64,000 nucleotides of DNA from an uncultured virus (IMG/VR IMGVR_UViG_2860837431_000002) (IMGVR_UViG_2860837431_000002:1-64000), one strand, 5' to 3'; positions 42,100 to 53,182 are shown, counted from the stretch's first letter. Numbers and translations are program-made. The notes: generated by a model from the letters alone, not told the origin.

Positions 42100-42774
42100 A
42101 TGTGTGGCAGGTTCACTTTATTTTCTGAGTTTGATGACATCATTGAGCAATTCAATATAGATCAATTCTTACCCGAAGATGAATATCACCCTAGCTATAA
42201 TGTCGCTCCTTCACAAAACATCCTGACAATCATCAATGATGGATCAAATAATCGCTTAGGCAAGCTTAGATGGGGCCTTATCCCTCCTTGGGCTAAAGAC
42301 GAAAAGATCGGCTATAAAATGATCAACGCTCGAGCTGAAACATTGGCTGAGAAACCAAGTTTTCGAAAGCCGCTCGTCAGCAAACGTTGTATCATACCCG
42401 CTGACAGTTTTTATGAATGGAAACGCCTAGATCCAAAGACTAAGATTCCTATGCGGATTAAGCTTAAATCATCTAATATCTTCGCTTTTGCCGGCTTATA
42501 TGAAAAGTGGAACACGCCAGAAGGCAATCCGTTGTACACTTGCACAATCATCACAACAAAGCCTAATAAGCTTATGGAAGACATTCATGATCGGATGCCA
42601 GTTATCCTTACTGATGAGAACGAAAAGGAATGGCTAAACCCTAAAAATACTGACCCTGATTACCTACAAAGCTTACTGCAGCCTTATGATGCTGATGACA
42701 TGGAAGCATACCAGGTTTCATCTTTAGTGAATTCACCTAAAAACAATTCACCTGAGCTCATAGAATCCCATTAA
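42100..42774 (+). CDS. yoqW: SRAP/HMCES abasic-site protein
   Basis: MCGRF start; NARAE, FYEW and IHDRMPVIL motifs. Confidence 0.93.
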   Translation: MCGRFTLFSEFDDIIEQFNIDQFLPEDEYHPSYNVAPSQNILTIINDGSNNRLGKLRWGLIPPWAKDEKIGYKMINARAETLAEKPSFRKPLVSKRCIIPADSFYEWKRLDPKTKIPMRIKLKSSNIFAFAGLYEKWNTPEGNPLYTCTIITTKPNKLMEDIHDRMPVILTDENEKEWLNPKNTDPDYLQSLLQPYDADDMEAYQVSSLVNSPKNNSPELIESH

Positions 42775-42843
42775 GTACCACTGCCATATCGCTTTATATA
42801 TCACCTTCTCTTAGCTAATATGTTCTAAGTAGGAGGTGATATT

Positions 42844-43656
42844 TTGTTTGTATCGCCAATGCTATTGCATTCAATAAAAGAGCCATTTGACGACGAGAAC
42901 TATATCACTGAGCTCAAATTTGATGGAATCAGACTCATCCTTTCTAAATTTGATAATCAGATTAAGCTATACACTCGTCACAACAACGAAGTAACAAACA
43001 AGTTTCCAGAACTCTTGGACTTAGATATTCCAGATGGAACAGTACTCGATGGTGAAGTTATTGTAGCTGCCCCAGGTGGTGCTCCTGACTTTGAAGCTGT
43101 AATGGAACGTTTCATGTCCAAAAAGTCAGCTCATAAGATTGTTTACTGTGTTTTTGATGTTATCTATAAAGACGGTCAGTCAATAGCAGCTAAGCCAATC
43201 ACTGAGCGTAAGATAACTCTAAACTCACTTGAGCTAAATCATCCTAATGTCTTTGTAATCGAAGGAATTCAAGGTAACGGACTAGCTTACTTTAACCTGG
43301 CCAAAGAAAAGAATTTAGAGGGAATCGTACTCAAGAAAGCTGACTCCCCTTACGAGATCAATAAACGTTCACATAATTGGCTGAAAGTGATCAATTACGA
43401 TTACACCGAAGTTCTTATTACCGGCTACACCAAAAAGGATATAAAATTCCTTTTGTCTTATCCTGATGGAACTGCAGCTGGATTTATGGAATTCATGCCC
43501 AATGCAGAACGTGGTAAATTTCATTCTATGAAACAAGTAAAGTCTGAATCTGATGAATATGTATTTATTGAACCTATATTATGTAAGGTTAAGCACAGAT
43601 TTAAGACTAAGCACGGCAAACTCCGCATCCCTTCCTTCGAATCCTGGAGAGTATAA
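42844..43656 (+). CDS. ligB: ATP-dependent DNA ligase
   Basis: ELKFDGIR, LDGE, VFD, EGIVLK and WLKV motifs. Confidence 0.93.
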   Translation: MFVSPMLLHSIKEPFDDENYITELKFDGIRLILSKFDNQIKLYTRHNNEVTNKFPELLDLDIPDGTVLDGEVIVAAPGGAPDFEAVMERFMSKKSAHKIVYCVFDVIYKDGQSIAAKPITERKITLNSLELNHPNVFVIEGIQGNGLAYFNLAKEKNLEGIVLKKADSPYEINKRSHNWLKVINYDYTEVLITGYTKKDIKFLLSYPDGTAAGFMEFMPNAERGKFHSMKQVKSESDEYVFIEPILCKVKHRFKTKHGKLRIPSFESWRV

Positions 43657-44046
43657 ACTCTCCGTTACATAACTCCTTAGCACCAAGTAATTAAAAAGCT
43701 AATGAAAATTTAGTACATTGGTCATTTAGTGTTTTCTAACGGAATTATATTCACTTCTCTCTGTACTAGGTGTTTTTGATGGCAGCTTGGACATGAAACA
43801 GTTGTTTCAATCGAAGGTGGATAGAAAATCACTTCATTACAGCTTCTGCAAGTAAAACAATCCTTTTTTATTACCATAACTAGATCACCCACTTCCTTTA
43901 AAATAAATATTTTATTTTGATTGTAATGTGATTTTTTTAAAATCCTTTTTAGTTTCCCATATTTCATTTCACTTTTTAATAATGAAAGGCATTTCATAAG
44001 TATGCCTTTCAAGAGATTGTACATTTTGTCTCGGAGGTGAAATGTA

Positions 44047-44196
44047 ATGAGATTTCTACTGGATTTTTTTGCGAATTGGACTTTCGATAAAGTCATGGAT
44101 TATACACTAGCTGCTGTAATTTGGTTTGTATTCAACAAATCAAAACAGACTGAGTATCCAGATCACTTCGAAGAAAGACGCCGCCATAGAAACTAA
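44047..44196 (+). CDS. YoqT-like 49-aa peptide
   Basis: GGAGGTG RBS; MRFLLDFFANWTFDKVMD...; downstream hairpin; between sites 43898 and 44263. Confidence 0.6.
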   Translation: MRFLLDFFANWTFDKVMDYTLAAVIWFVFNKSKQTEYPDHFEERRRHRN

Positions 44197-44276
44197 ATCA
44201 TCCTTCTATGATCGTTATCGATACGTGTGTTTTTTCCGATAACGATCCATCCTCATGTTTAGTTAAAAACTATCTT

Positions 44277-44627
44277 TTATTCAATCTCTATATTCAACCC
44301 AGTTGCTCCCACTTTAATTTCCTTCATCTCTCCAATCTGTGGCATATATAAATGTTTCTTTTCATTCACCGAAACAATTTCACCCTTCCAACAACCGTTT
44401 TGCACAAAGAATTTTGTCCCAATTGGTAAAGTTCGAAGATCTGCGTTCTCTATGTATTCTCCTTCCTCTCTATACACCTCTCCTTGTTCAGCAACCCTCC
44501 TTTTAGAAACTTTAATATCGATTTTGTATAGTGAATTTTCATCTTCAAGCATTAATTTATGTAACCAATCAGTTACTTTTGATTGCCCATCAATAACGTT
44601 AACCGTATCGAAAATCTTTCTGTACAT
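44277..44627 (-). CDS. Hypothetical phage protein
   Basis: 116 aa; stop codon inside site 44263-44280. Confidence 0.6.
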   Translation of the reverse strand: MYRKIFDTVNVIDGQSKVTDWLHKLMLEDENSLYKIDIKVSKRRVAEQGEVYREEGEYIENADLRTLPIGTKFFVQNGCWKGEIVSVNEKKHLYMPQIGEMKEIKVGATGLNIEIE

Positions 44628-44628
44628 G

Positions 44629-44985
44629 TCATTCCTCTTCTCTTGAAAAATACTTATCTACCACTTGTTTTTCTAAGTAAACGACACCGTCTATTAATAT
44701 GCCTCTATGTACATCTACATCTTCAACAGTAACGGTTCCGCCTTTCCAGAAGTTATTTAGGCAATCTTCTTTAACAGTTAATGTTTGACCCTTATAATAA
44801 TCATTCGAATCTTCTTTATTACTATTCAATTCAAGAATCTGGTCATTAAATTGAATTGTCACACCATCAACAATTATCTTATCTCGCCCAACTTTACTTA
44901 GCGAATCCGCTAAAATAACAAACTCCTGATTATATTCTCCTCCATTAACATCCACTGTAATTGAGTATTGATTTCTTTTATTCAT
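44629..44985 (-). CDS. Hypothetical phage protein
   Basis: ORF starting MNKRNQ, coupled to the upstream ORF. Confidence 0.55.
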   Translation of the reverse strand: MNKRNQYSITVDVNGGEYNQEFVILADSLSKVGRDKIIVDGVTIQFNDQILELNSNKEDSNDYYKGQTLTVKEDCLNNFWKGGTVTVEDVDVHRGILIDGVVYLEKQVVDKYFSREEE

Positions 44986-45286
44986 TGATTTCCCTTCCGA
45001 CTCCATCAGCTTGTCTAATAGTGTCTAACAACTCTTTCTTCTTGAAATAGGTCTTTTCCAAACGATCTACTTCCTTTTGCAATTCAGTTGCAGCATCATA
45101 CTTCAGAATCCATTCTCCTACTCCACAGGCTTCTCTTTGCTCTTTCTCAAACGTTTTTATGTGATGGCCTTCGAACCAAACCCTTACTCTTGTTCCATAT
45201 TCAAATTCATCATTAAAAGCTGCTTCTTTTTCGGATCCCGCATAAATGCATTTAAATTTACTGTTATCGACTACATATGTATTCAT
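44978..45286 (-). CDS. Hypothetical phage protein
   Basis: 102 aa, AGGAG RBS. Confidence 0.6.
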   Translation of the reverse strand: MNTYVVDNSKFKCIYAGSEKEAAFNDEFEYGTRVRVWFEGHHIKTFEKEQREACGVGEWILKYDAATELQKEVDRLEKTYFKKKELLDTIRQADGVGREINE

Positions 45287-46152
45287 TAATTTAACTCCTT
45301 CACCTAGACTAATGCTTTTTCTTTCTGTCTTTCGATCAACTTTCGAGAAAATTTTTGAGTTCTTATTTTGCGTTTCTCCTCAAGTATCTCTCTATCGTTG
45401 GCTTCTAACATCTTCTTCAGACTCAGATTTTTTCTAATAAGCTCTTTCATTCTGTCCAATTTCTCATCCCCCTTTAAGCAAGATATTTCTTTCTATGCGG
45501 TCTTTTATGTATGAAATCAAATGCTAAATCAACTTTCTCCGGTTCCCTTTCCTCTGGTACTCGGTGCATAACAACAATTAGTTGACCATTTTCTTGGCGA
45601 TCAATATCCTGAACTGAATATCCTTTAGCAGCGTAATATTCTCCGATAATCTCATCAACGTGGTTGCTAAGCAGATTCCTCTTTATCATTTCTGTAACCT
45701 CCACTTATTTTATTTTTACTCTTTAAACATTTATATGTATTCCATCCGCAGCCATCAAATACGCTTATGTCCGCTCCTAGGTGCCATTTAAACCAAACTA
45801 TGTTAAAGCAAGCTGTTTCAATTATATATTTAATGTAGCCTATCCTCTTGTCCTCCGTTCTGAATAAAATAATCCTTTTATTGTGATTCTGTAGCCTTAA
45901 TTAAAAATCCCATTCTTTCCTTCTTTGTTTTAGTTAAATCTCTGCTTTCTTTTAAGATGTCCTGAAACAAGTGAAATGGAATTGGGTTTAAACCAAGGCT
46001 TCTGACTTTATTACAATAGCCTCCGTAATAGGCTTGCTCGTATTCTCTCTGCTCTGATCTAAAATTAAATGGATTCATTGGCTGTCTCCCTTCCTCTAAA
46101 TATCTTAATATCATTCTTTCAAACTAAAATGATTTTTTTATTTTGTTTTTCA

Positions 46153-46770
46153 TCAAAATAGCTTACTGTATCTATTCATTTTCTCAAGTCCACAAATCTC
46201 ACAAACGCATTCCTGCTCGTAACTGTTGCTTCCAACTTGTTCTTCGTCATTCTTATACCATTCATGCTTACATTGTTTTTGCAGTTCACTTTTTTGTTTA
46301 ACTAATGGTTCGATTTTTTTCTTTTTAATCTCTCTAATTTCTTTTTCAAACTGCTCGATTTTCTCGTTAACTTCTTCTAATTCATCAATTAAAATTTCTT
46401 CGTCTTTAAATGGATTTTCAGATAGTAGTTCCCAGTCTTGCTCTAACTCTCCTAACGTTTCATTGTCATAACCATTAAATACATTGTCATATAGTTTAAG
46501 CTTATAATACATTTCCCCAAGCATATGAGTGTAACTTACAAGCTCAGCAAAGCTTCCAGTTCTTTTATTTTTAAAATATAACTCTAATGGTAAGACAGGC
46601 ACAACAGGACGTTTGTCTGTGTAAATAATCTCTATACCATCTTGCTTTTGTTTTTCTAAAACATGTCTACCGTCTTCAGAAACTCCTCTATACGTATATT
46701 TTTCCTGATTTAAATAGCATTTTTTTCCTGTAGTTAATTTGTTGTCTAACAACGCTTCTTGAATTTTCAT
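46153..46770 (-). CDS. Hypothetical coiled-coil/Zn-finger protein
   Basis: 205 aa; C-terminal CKH...CEICG. Confidence 0.6.
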   Translation of the reverse strand: MKIQEALLDNKLTTGKKCYLNQEKYTYRGVSEDGRHVLEKQKQDGIEIIYTDKRPVVPVLPLELYFKNKRTGSFAELVSYTHMLGEMYYKLKLYDNVFNGYDNETLGELEQDWELLSENPFKDEEILIDELEEVNEKIEQFEKEIREIKKKKIEPLVKQKSELQKQCKHEWYKNDEEQVGSNSYEQECVCEICGLEKMNRYSKLF

Positions 46771-46788
46771 TTGATAATGGCTCCTTTT

Positions 46789-47460
46789 TTAATTGAGATA
46801 AGTAATATCTAGTTCAAAATTAATATTGGGATGAAGTCTCCATAGTTGATGTCCTAAGTAAGTTTTTTTGGCATAATTTAAGCAGTTTCTTGTGCCACTT
46901 TTAGTTCCATCATAAACAGCTACTATTGCCTCACTGTGATCAATCATGTATTCATTTCGCTTTTGCATCTTAGCTGGCGAAAACTCTCCTGGTTTCTCTC
47001 CACTAATTTTATATTTATCTAATTCTTCAACATTAATAATCTCATCTGCCACATTAAGCATACGTTTGTACCACATTTTTTGGTCTGCAGACCAAACTTT
47101 ATCTTGTCCTTTGAATGGTGTAGCAATTATGTTTTTTATATGGGGATATTTCTTCTTTAGAATATGTACACACCAGCAAGCAGCCTGATCAGTTCCTAAC
47201 GCTCCTCCAGTTATAAACCTGGACTTCTCTTCTTTTATGATTAACTCCTCAATCACTTCAAGCAGCTTATCTTTGAGTTTGAGCATTGTGGGATTTTTCA
47301 TATCATAGCCACCCAATTTATTTGGTCTATGACCGGTAAAGCAAACTGTCTTCTTCCTCAGTGTTTCTTGTTCTTCTAATAACCGCTCACGTTCTTTTCT
47401 TTCATCAGCCCACTGCTTTTTCCATTCTGGATCATTTAGCTTTGCAAAATCAATTGCCAT
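46789..47460 (-). CDS. SLOG/YspA (DUF1273)-family protein
   Basis: CFTGHRP, ITGGALGTD, RNEYMID and SGT motifs. Confidence 0.85.
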   Translation of the reverse strand: MAIDFAKLNDPEWKKQWADERKERERLLEEQETLRKKTVCFTGHRPNKLGGYDMKNPTMLKLKDKLLEVIEELIIKEEKSRFITGGALGTDQAACWCVHILKKKYPHIKNIIATPFKGQDKVWSADQKMWYKRMLNVADEIINVEELDKYKISGEKPGEFSPAKMQKRNEYMIDHSEAIVAVYDGTKSGTRNCLNYAKKTYLGHQLWRLHPNINFELDITYLN

Positions 47461-47503
47461 AGTTCAGCTCCTTTCTCTTTAAAACAGTCTTTTTATTTTA
47501 ATT

Positions 47504-48163
47504 TTATTCATAAATCCCTAATCTTCCCCAGCAAGATTCCCATTTAAACTTTATTCCTAGAATATCATTAATGTCATCATGAAACTTATTCATCATTCTA
47601 GTCGCAAAGTGTCTTGCATCTCGCTCGCTTTTCTGTGCAAAATAGCCAGGTTGACCTCCATCTACATAATTCGAATATTTAATCCAAGTCATAAACTCAT
47701 CTTGGTAAGTGTGTCTAAGTTCATGGTACAGCGTTTCGAGAATAAAGAGCTTTATAGTCTGCTTGTAACAAGTTAAATCGTTTGGATAATTGAATGGATA
47801 AATGTGAATAATTCCAAACCCATTTAAACCAACCAGTTGTTTTCTAAAGATGCTTCTTATGGTTTTTAAGCAAAAAGGTGCTCCAAGGGGATTCAAAAAA
47901 TTAAGTACTGCTTGAATTTTATTTTGAAACACAAATATTCTAATCCCTAGGTTATGATAATCTTTATGTAGCAGCTGTATACAGTTCTCAATCTCTTTTG
48001 CACTTATTACAGATGATTTATTCTCTATCAAATTACTATTTAGGTTTTGCCCCGTTATCAATCGAAAGTGATCTTGATATAACCTTGCTATATCATCCTC
48101 TAGATACATCTTTACTGAGGCATTAGTTTTTTCAGCAATCACTGATCCCCTCCTGTATTTCAT
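47504..48163 (-). CDS. HExxH zincin-like protein
   Basis: LYHELRHTYQ...ERDA; bounded by sites 47479 and 48164. Confidence 0.65.
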   Translation of the reverse strand: MKYRRGSVIAEKTNASVKMYLEDDIARLYQDHFRLITGQNLNSNLIENKSSVISAKEIENCIQLLHKDYHNLGIRIFVFQNKIQAVLNFLNPLGAPFCLKTIRSIFRKQLVGLNGFGIIHIYPFNYPNDLTCYKQTIKLFILETLYHELRHTYQDEFMTWIKYSNYVDGGQPGYFAQKSERDARHFATRMMNKFHDDINDILGIKFKWESCWGRLGIYE

Positions 48164-48194
48164 TTAAAACTTCAATTTTAATTAGATTCTGTTT

Positions 48195-48398
48195 TTAATC
48201 CCAATTAAAATGTTTGGGTCTAGCGACAAATTCGTAGTTCTCCTCCCAATCAAATTGTTTCAAACCGTCTTCTTCAAATTCCCAGCATTCGCCAAGTAAA
48301 GGATCATCTAATTCAGGTACTCTTTTTTTTAAAGTTCGAAGTTTGTTGAAATGACTAGCTGTTTTAAATTGAACTTTATCCATTGGTGCAAATTTCAT
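48195..48398 (-). CDS. YoqK-like protein
   Basis: 67 aa, synteny. Confidence 0.5.
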   Translation of the reverse strand: MKFAPMDKVQFKTASHFNKLRTLKKRVPELDDPLLGECWEFEEDGLKQFDWEENYEFVARPKHFNWD

Positions 48399-48816
48399 TT
48401 TTCCATCTACTTTCTTTTAATTTTTCTAATTTCAAAACGCCATTTGTACGCATCTGTACCAATTCGATTGAATAGCTCTTTTCTTGCTTTTGTTTTTGAA
48501 GGCTCCTCAATTCCAAAACAAAACTTTCGTGATCTAGTACTGTAAATTCCGTATAAAACATTATTCTCCATCTTCCATCCTCCGATTCTCTTTAAAAATA
48601 CTATTTTTATATAAACTGTACACAAGTTATAGGGTTTTCATCTTTATAAATCCTTCTATAACAATCTTTATTGTTGCTCCTCAATAGCACCCTTCAATCC
48701 ATTTTCCCTAATCATTGTTGAACATTTATTCACAAAAATTCTACATTTTTTTACAGGTGATAAAGTCCAAAATGTCGAATATTTAAAAATTATGTTAAAA
48801 ACAAGGAGTGTGTAAA

Positions 48817-49191
48817 ATGAAAAAGCTTTTCGTTTTAATTTTTTCCGTGATTTTTACTTTGACAGCTTTTGTTTCTTCTGCTAGTGCAGCTACAACTGGA
48901 AGTGTAACTTCATCTTCGGGAACCAGTTCTAAGATGATTACTGGTGCAGGCAAGTATATGAAATTCACTTGCAAATATGTTGGAATCACTGAGGCATATG
49001 CAGGAGCATGCCAGATAACAAGACAAGGTGAAAATGTCGCTGTTCTAAATGTTGGGGGCGGTAATCTTAATAAACCATTTAGATCAACCGATGTATGGTT
49101 GAATAAAAACGAAACTTATGTTCTTTCGAGTAATTTTTTAACTGATTCTTGGTCTAGCGGATCCATTACTGCCACTATTAGCGAAAGATAA
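48817..49191 (+). CDS. Secreted beta-rich protein
   Basis: AAGGAG RBS, signal peptide ending ASAA; between sites 48593 and 49285. Confidence 0.75.
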   Translation: MKKLFVLIFSVIFTLTAFVSSASAATTGSVTSSSGTSSKMITGAGKYMKFTCKYVGITEAYAGACQITRQGENVAVLNVGGGNLNKPFRSTDVWLNKNETYVLSSNFLTDSWSSGSITATISER

Positions 49192-49318
49192 ATTACAGAA
49201 TAGCAACAACTTATCAGGTCATCGAGAGGACTCTTGGTGACCTTCTATAATGTTTTATTCACCCATTTCCCTTTTCCACTCTCTATAAAATTTTACTTTT
49301 ATCTAAAAGTTTTCAAAT

Positions 49319-50074
49319 CTATGATGCTATTTCTCTTTTGTGCCCATGTTTCATTAGAAGATCAGCAATAAAATCGGCACCTTTAGGAGTAACAAGAGTA
49401 ATTGTCTTAATTCCAACACTTGTCTCCTGGGTCTTCACTTGAAAGAATCCTCTTTCTACATATTTTTGATATGGAGCGTTTTTGTTTGTTCCATCAATAA
49501 GAACTTTATTTTCTCTCAAAAAGCGAAATAAATTGTTTTGACCCATTCCTTTTATGCCAATCGCTTTTGCCACTTGTCCTATTTTCATTAATCCATCTGT
49601 ATTAAGAAAGCGATCATATTTCTCTACTTTTGGTTCAGCTAACTTGAGTCTCTCTTGATATTCTCGCTTCTCTTTTCTTTCAGTGAAGTAGGCTATTGCT
49701 CTTTCATCCTCATTCATGTCTAGATATGTATCAACTAATAAAGGTCTTGTTTTTAATGTCTTCTCCATCTCTTCAAAGCGAGTAACGTATTGTGCTGTGA
49801 AGATTATTCCCTTAGTACCAGTCATTTTATTAGCGACCATATCACACCCTTTGCGTGTGAGGAAGAAATGTTTCGCTGACTTATTTTGCTTTGTTTTATA
49901 TGTACTCTCAATGAAGAAATCGGTAAGTCCAAAATTGGACTCTCCTAGAATTTTTAAATATCCATCGATATCTCTAAGAAGATGTTTATGTTCTTTATCA
50001 ACCATCTCAGCTACATCTCTACTGTCCACTAAAAGTTGCCCATTCTGCTCAATTACCTTTAAATTATTTTCCAA
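49319..50074 (-). CDS. yoqD: Rha-family/antirepressor (KilAC) protein
   Basis: DSRDVAEM...HKHLLRDI Rha domain plus ANT C-terminus (TLVTPKG); 251 aa. Confidence 0.88.
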   Translation of the reverse strand: MENNLKVIEQNGQLLVDSRDVAEMVDKEHKHLLRDIDGYLKILGESNFGLTDFFIESTYKTKQNKSAKHFFLTRKGCDMVANKMTGTKGIIFTAQYVTRFEEMEKTLKTRPLLVDTYLDMNEDERAIAYFTERKEKREYQERLKLAEPKVEKYDRFLNTDGLMKIGQVAKAIGIKGMGQNNLFRFLRENKVLIDGTNKNAPYQKYVERGFFQVKTQETSVGIKTITLVTPKGADFIADLLMKHGHKREIAS

Positions 50075-50579
50075 TAAAGTTCCTCCATTTAATTTGTTTA
50101 AAATGCATCTTTTATTTAGACTATGATCTCAATACTTCTCAGCAAGGTTACCAACCTTCTTCATAGAAAATATCATCATATAAAACATTTGATTCATCGG
50201 TCATTTCTCTCTCTTCTTGGTATTCATCCATATGATTAGTAATAAACTCACTCGCTTCTCTAATTGTATTACCGGTGAATCTTGCACTTATATATTGCTC
50301 CATGCGTCCGATCAGTCTCAACTGTTTTTCTGTTGCTCTAATCACTCCACGCCCTCCTTCTGACAGTCAGGGCATAGAGTTGCAAAACCGTTCCCCTTCT
50401 CCGTTAATATCTCCTTGAATGTGTAATCATAGTGCAAAGCGCCATTCATATGACCTTCCCACGATAACGGATTCCCTATGTTTAAAACCTTTTCCTTACC
50501 GCACTTATCGCAAATAACAACCGTTTTGTATATAGTCTTGACCACTTCTTTATGAAATGCCATCACTCCGCGCCCTCCT

Positions 50580-50858
50580 TTACTCTTTCCATTGGAACCC
50601 GATATTTAAATTCACCTGTTTCGGACTTAATATCTTGATTCGGCTCCAATCTTCAAATACATATTTCAACTCTTCTATTGATGCGACAGTTTTAACATGG
50701 AACGTCTTTAAATCGATTAAATGTATCTTATTTCTATTTGTAACATCCATTTTCACAATCCGAACATGGTCATTTTTTAAAATGAAAAATCCATCTTGGA
50801 TATCATTAATTGATAACCCTTTGCGCTTCTCTTGTTTCACTTTCAAATTGATTGTCAT
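50580..50858 (-). CDS. YopY-like protein
   Basis: 92 aa, synteny. Confidence 0.55.
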   Translation of the reverse strand: MTINLKVKQEKRKGLSINDIQDGFFILKNDHVRIVKMDVTNRNKIHLIDLKTFHVKTVASIEELKYVFEDWSRIKILSPKQVNLNIGFQWKE

Positions 50859-51209
50859 TCCACACCCTCCAATAACTCAGGATTTTCAAAAGTGTTTCCA
50901 CCGATCTCGCATTCTCCCCAATCCAATGAATAATCGAAGTAGGCACTATCATCAGGGAATTTAAGTCCATAATGACCATTTTCCTTAATGACTATCATCG
51001 GTTCATCTTCTGTCATGTCAATATCTTTTTCATAAATATCTTTGCCTGTCTGTATTTTTTTGAGTACTAGACGCAATACGGATGGGATAAAGAGCTCCAA
51101 CGATATTGCGATACAGCCCCCATTCTCCACCCGAGATAATAAGACTCAGCCCTTCATCATCCCAATTATGCATTTGGCTGCCGTCCCAAACTCTGTATGT
51201 TGTGTTCAT
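50855..51209 (-). pseudogene. yopX: YopX-family gene, frameshifted
   Basis: N-terminal YRVWD and C-terminal GKDIYEKDI...IGGNTFENPELL lie in different frames; the linking MxxTGLKD segment is missing. Confidence 0.7.
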
Positions 51210-51712
51210 TGTGCATCCTCCTCCAATACTTTTCCTTCAAGAAGTTCCTTTGCATATCGGGAATATCTTTGGATTACTAACTCAGGTGCCGTTCTAACTG
51301 TTTTCATATTTACGAACAAATGAAAGGCTTTTCTTAACCTGTCATTCTCATTTGTAAGTCGCTGAATTTTTTCCTGGGCCTGCCGGAGTTCCTTTGTATT
51401 TGCTTCCTGTATGGCTTTGGCTTCACCTTCATGACTCCAAGTTTCATATGAAATTAACTGCCCTTCATTAATGTTTAAATCAGGTCTATTTCTTTTTATA
51501 TATTTAGCGAAACCTCCTCACAAAACCGTCTCATTGCTATGACAAGCCCAATTATGGCCACTCTTTTCCTTCATCTCTACAATTTGCTGGGGTGTGGGCA
51601 AACATCCATAATTTTGAGCCATTTCAGCTTCATCACTGTGCGAGAAGGGACAACTCATACATCCTCCACTTCCACAAAAAGAACGTTCAATCATATTTAT
51701 TTCTTTCAACAT
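51206..51712 (-). pseudogene. Cys-rich hypothetical gene with an in-frame TGA
   Basis: Frame continues open for 103 codons after TGA 51518-51520 and ends in an ATGA overlap with yopX. Confidence 0.6.
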
Positions 51713-51795
51713 ATATCCCCCTTATCTGAATCTCGATAAAACTTACATTTTATCCACTAATTTTATTTTTGTTACCTTAGTGAAAATTACACAAT

Positions 51796-51990
51796 TCAAT
51801 ATGTACTTACTTCTTTGCCCTTACTTTCTTCTTCTCTTAACATATCTTCAGCTATATACATCCCCTCGTAAGCATAATCAATTATTGAATGAAATTCTCC
51901 GATGACTCTTCGTAAATTTCCCTCTTCTTTGTATGCTTTTAATCGCAGAATCGTTTTCATTAATTTATCGAGCTTTTCATCAAGCAACAT
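51796..51990 (-). CDS. yopV: YopV-like protein
   Basis: 64 aa, synteny. Confidence 0.65.
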   Translation of the reverse strand: MLLDEKLDKLMKTILRLKAYKEEGNLRRVIGEFHSIIDYAYEGMYIAEDMLREEESKGKEVSTY

Positions 51991-52065
51991 AGCTCCCTTT
52001 ACCATCTCCTATATACATATTATTTGTATTTGAATAAACTATAACCCATCATTTAATATCTGTCA

Positions 52066-52100
52066 ATTAGATTCGGCCAATTTATGTGACCGAATCTAAT
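52066..52100. terminator. Intrinsic terminator-like hairpin
   Basis: ATTAGATTCGG...CCGAATCTAAT inverted repeat. Confidence 0.55.
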
Positions 52101-52101
52101 T

Positions 52102-52299
52102 TTAATCTGAGAACATAAAGATCAATTCATTGATGTCATCCCTAAGCTTAACGAGGCTTTGTGGTGTAACTGAAATTGTAATATCTAATTTCTCTCCCTT
52201 GAAACCAAGTAGGAATTGATAATGTTCTGAAGTCAGCAATTTTTTTGTAAGTCTTAGACTAACCTCTTTGTAATTATCTTGATCAACAAATATATTCAA
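52102..52299 (-). CDS. yopU: YopU-like protein
   Basis: 65 aa, synteny. Confidence 0.6.
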   Translation of the reverse strand: MNIFVDQDNYKEVSLRLTKKLLTSEHYQFLLGFKGEKLDITISVTPQSLVKLRDDINELIFMFSD

Positions 52300-52367
52300 A
52301 ACAATACCTTCATTCTCCTCTTGCTGCTGATTACATTATGTTTAATGGAGTCTTTCTTTTTTTATTT

Positions 52368-52586
52368 TTACTCAGGCAATTCTTCTGTATTTGTTATTTC
52401 ATATTCCATATCACTTAATTTAAAATTTTCAACTGATCCGTCAGCTTTTAAAAACGAGACTTCTTTAGATAAAAGTAAATTTTCACAAATCCTGGTTACC
52501 AATGTTTCAGAGACTTCTGGACTATCTGCTTTGTTTTTGAGTACAATCTCCAGATTCAGTGCAATATTGTTTAAATAACCTGCCAT
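52368..52586 (-). CDS. yopT: YopT-like protein
   Basis: 72 aa, synteny. Confidence 0.65.
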   Translation of the reverse strand: MAGYLNNIALNLEIVLKNKADSPEVSETLVTRICENLLLSKEVSFLKADGSVENFKLSDMEYEITNTEELPE

Positions 52587-52636
52587 CCTCATTCTCCTAT
52601 GTTCAATTTTCTGTGATAAACCCTTAAGGTGTTAAG

Positions 52637-52650
52637 GGAACGTGCGTTCT
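52637..52650. promoter_or_regulatory. LexA (Cheo) box upstream of yopT
   Basis: GGAAC-GTGC-GTTCT. Confidence 0.6.
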
Positions 52651-52768
52651 GTTTTGTATAATCATTATACATAGAAAGTAGGTGTTATGCTAGTGGTTAT
52701 TTATCGGCTTCGTATGGTATGATATGTATTATGTCTTTCCATAACAGAACGCAGGAGGATGTCCGATT

Positions 52769-52993
52769 ATGATTAAAGTTGAGATCGGGCAATGCTTGAT
52801 ACCTGAATTATGTAGAAAGAAAGACATTACAATCAATGAACTTTCAGAGATAACTGGGATTAAGAAACAGCAGCTGAGCGACTATAATCGATTAGTTAAA
52901 GTAGATATGTCTATTCGAACTGCAAAAAGAATTGCTGCTGCTTTAGATTGTAATGTCGAAGACCTCTATGAATTCAAGGTTGAAAGGCATTGA
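52769..52993 (+). CDS. yopS: XRE-family HTH regulator
   Basis: ITINELSEITGIKKQQLSDY HTH; 74 aa. Confidence 0.85.
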   Translation: MIKVEIGQCLIPELCRKKDITINELSEITGIKKQQLSDYNRLVKVDMSIRTAKRIAAALDCNVEDLYEFKVERH

Positions 52994-53182
52994 AACGACT
53001 AAGACTTTGGTCTTGGTCTCCTCCTTAGTAAACCATATGGTTTACATGACCATCTTACTACATTTAAACATGTATTTAAAGTGATTATTTTGTCTATTTT
53101 TGTCGAAATGCGAATTTTTTCACAATTTTTTTGAGATAAAAGAAAAATCCATTTAACCAAAATAGTCAAATGGATTTCATAT

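Noticed and set aside
51518..51520. Selenocysteine codon
   Set aside because: B. subtilis-group hosts are not known to have Sec machinery, and no SECIS-like hairpin is evident.
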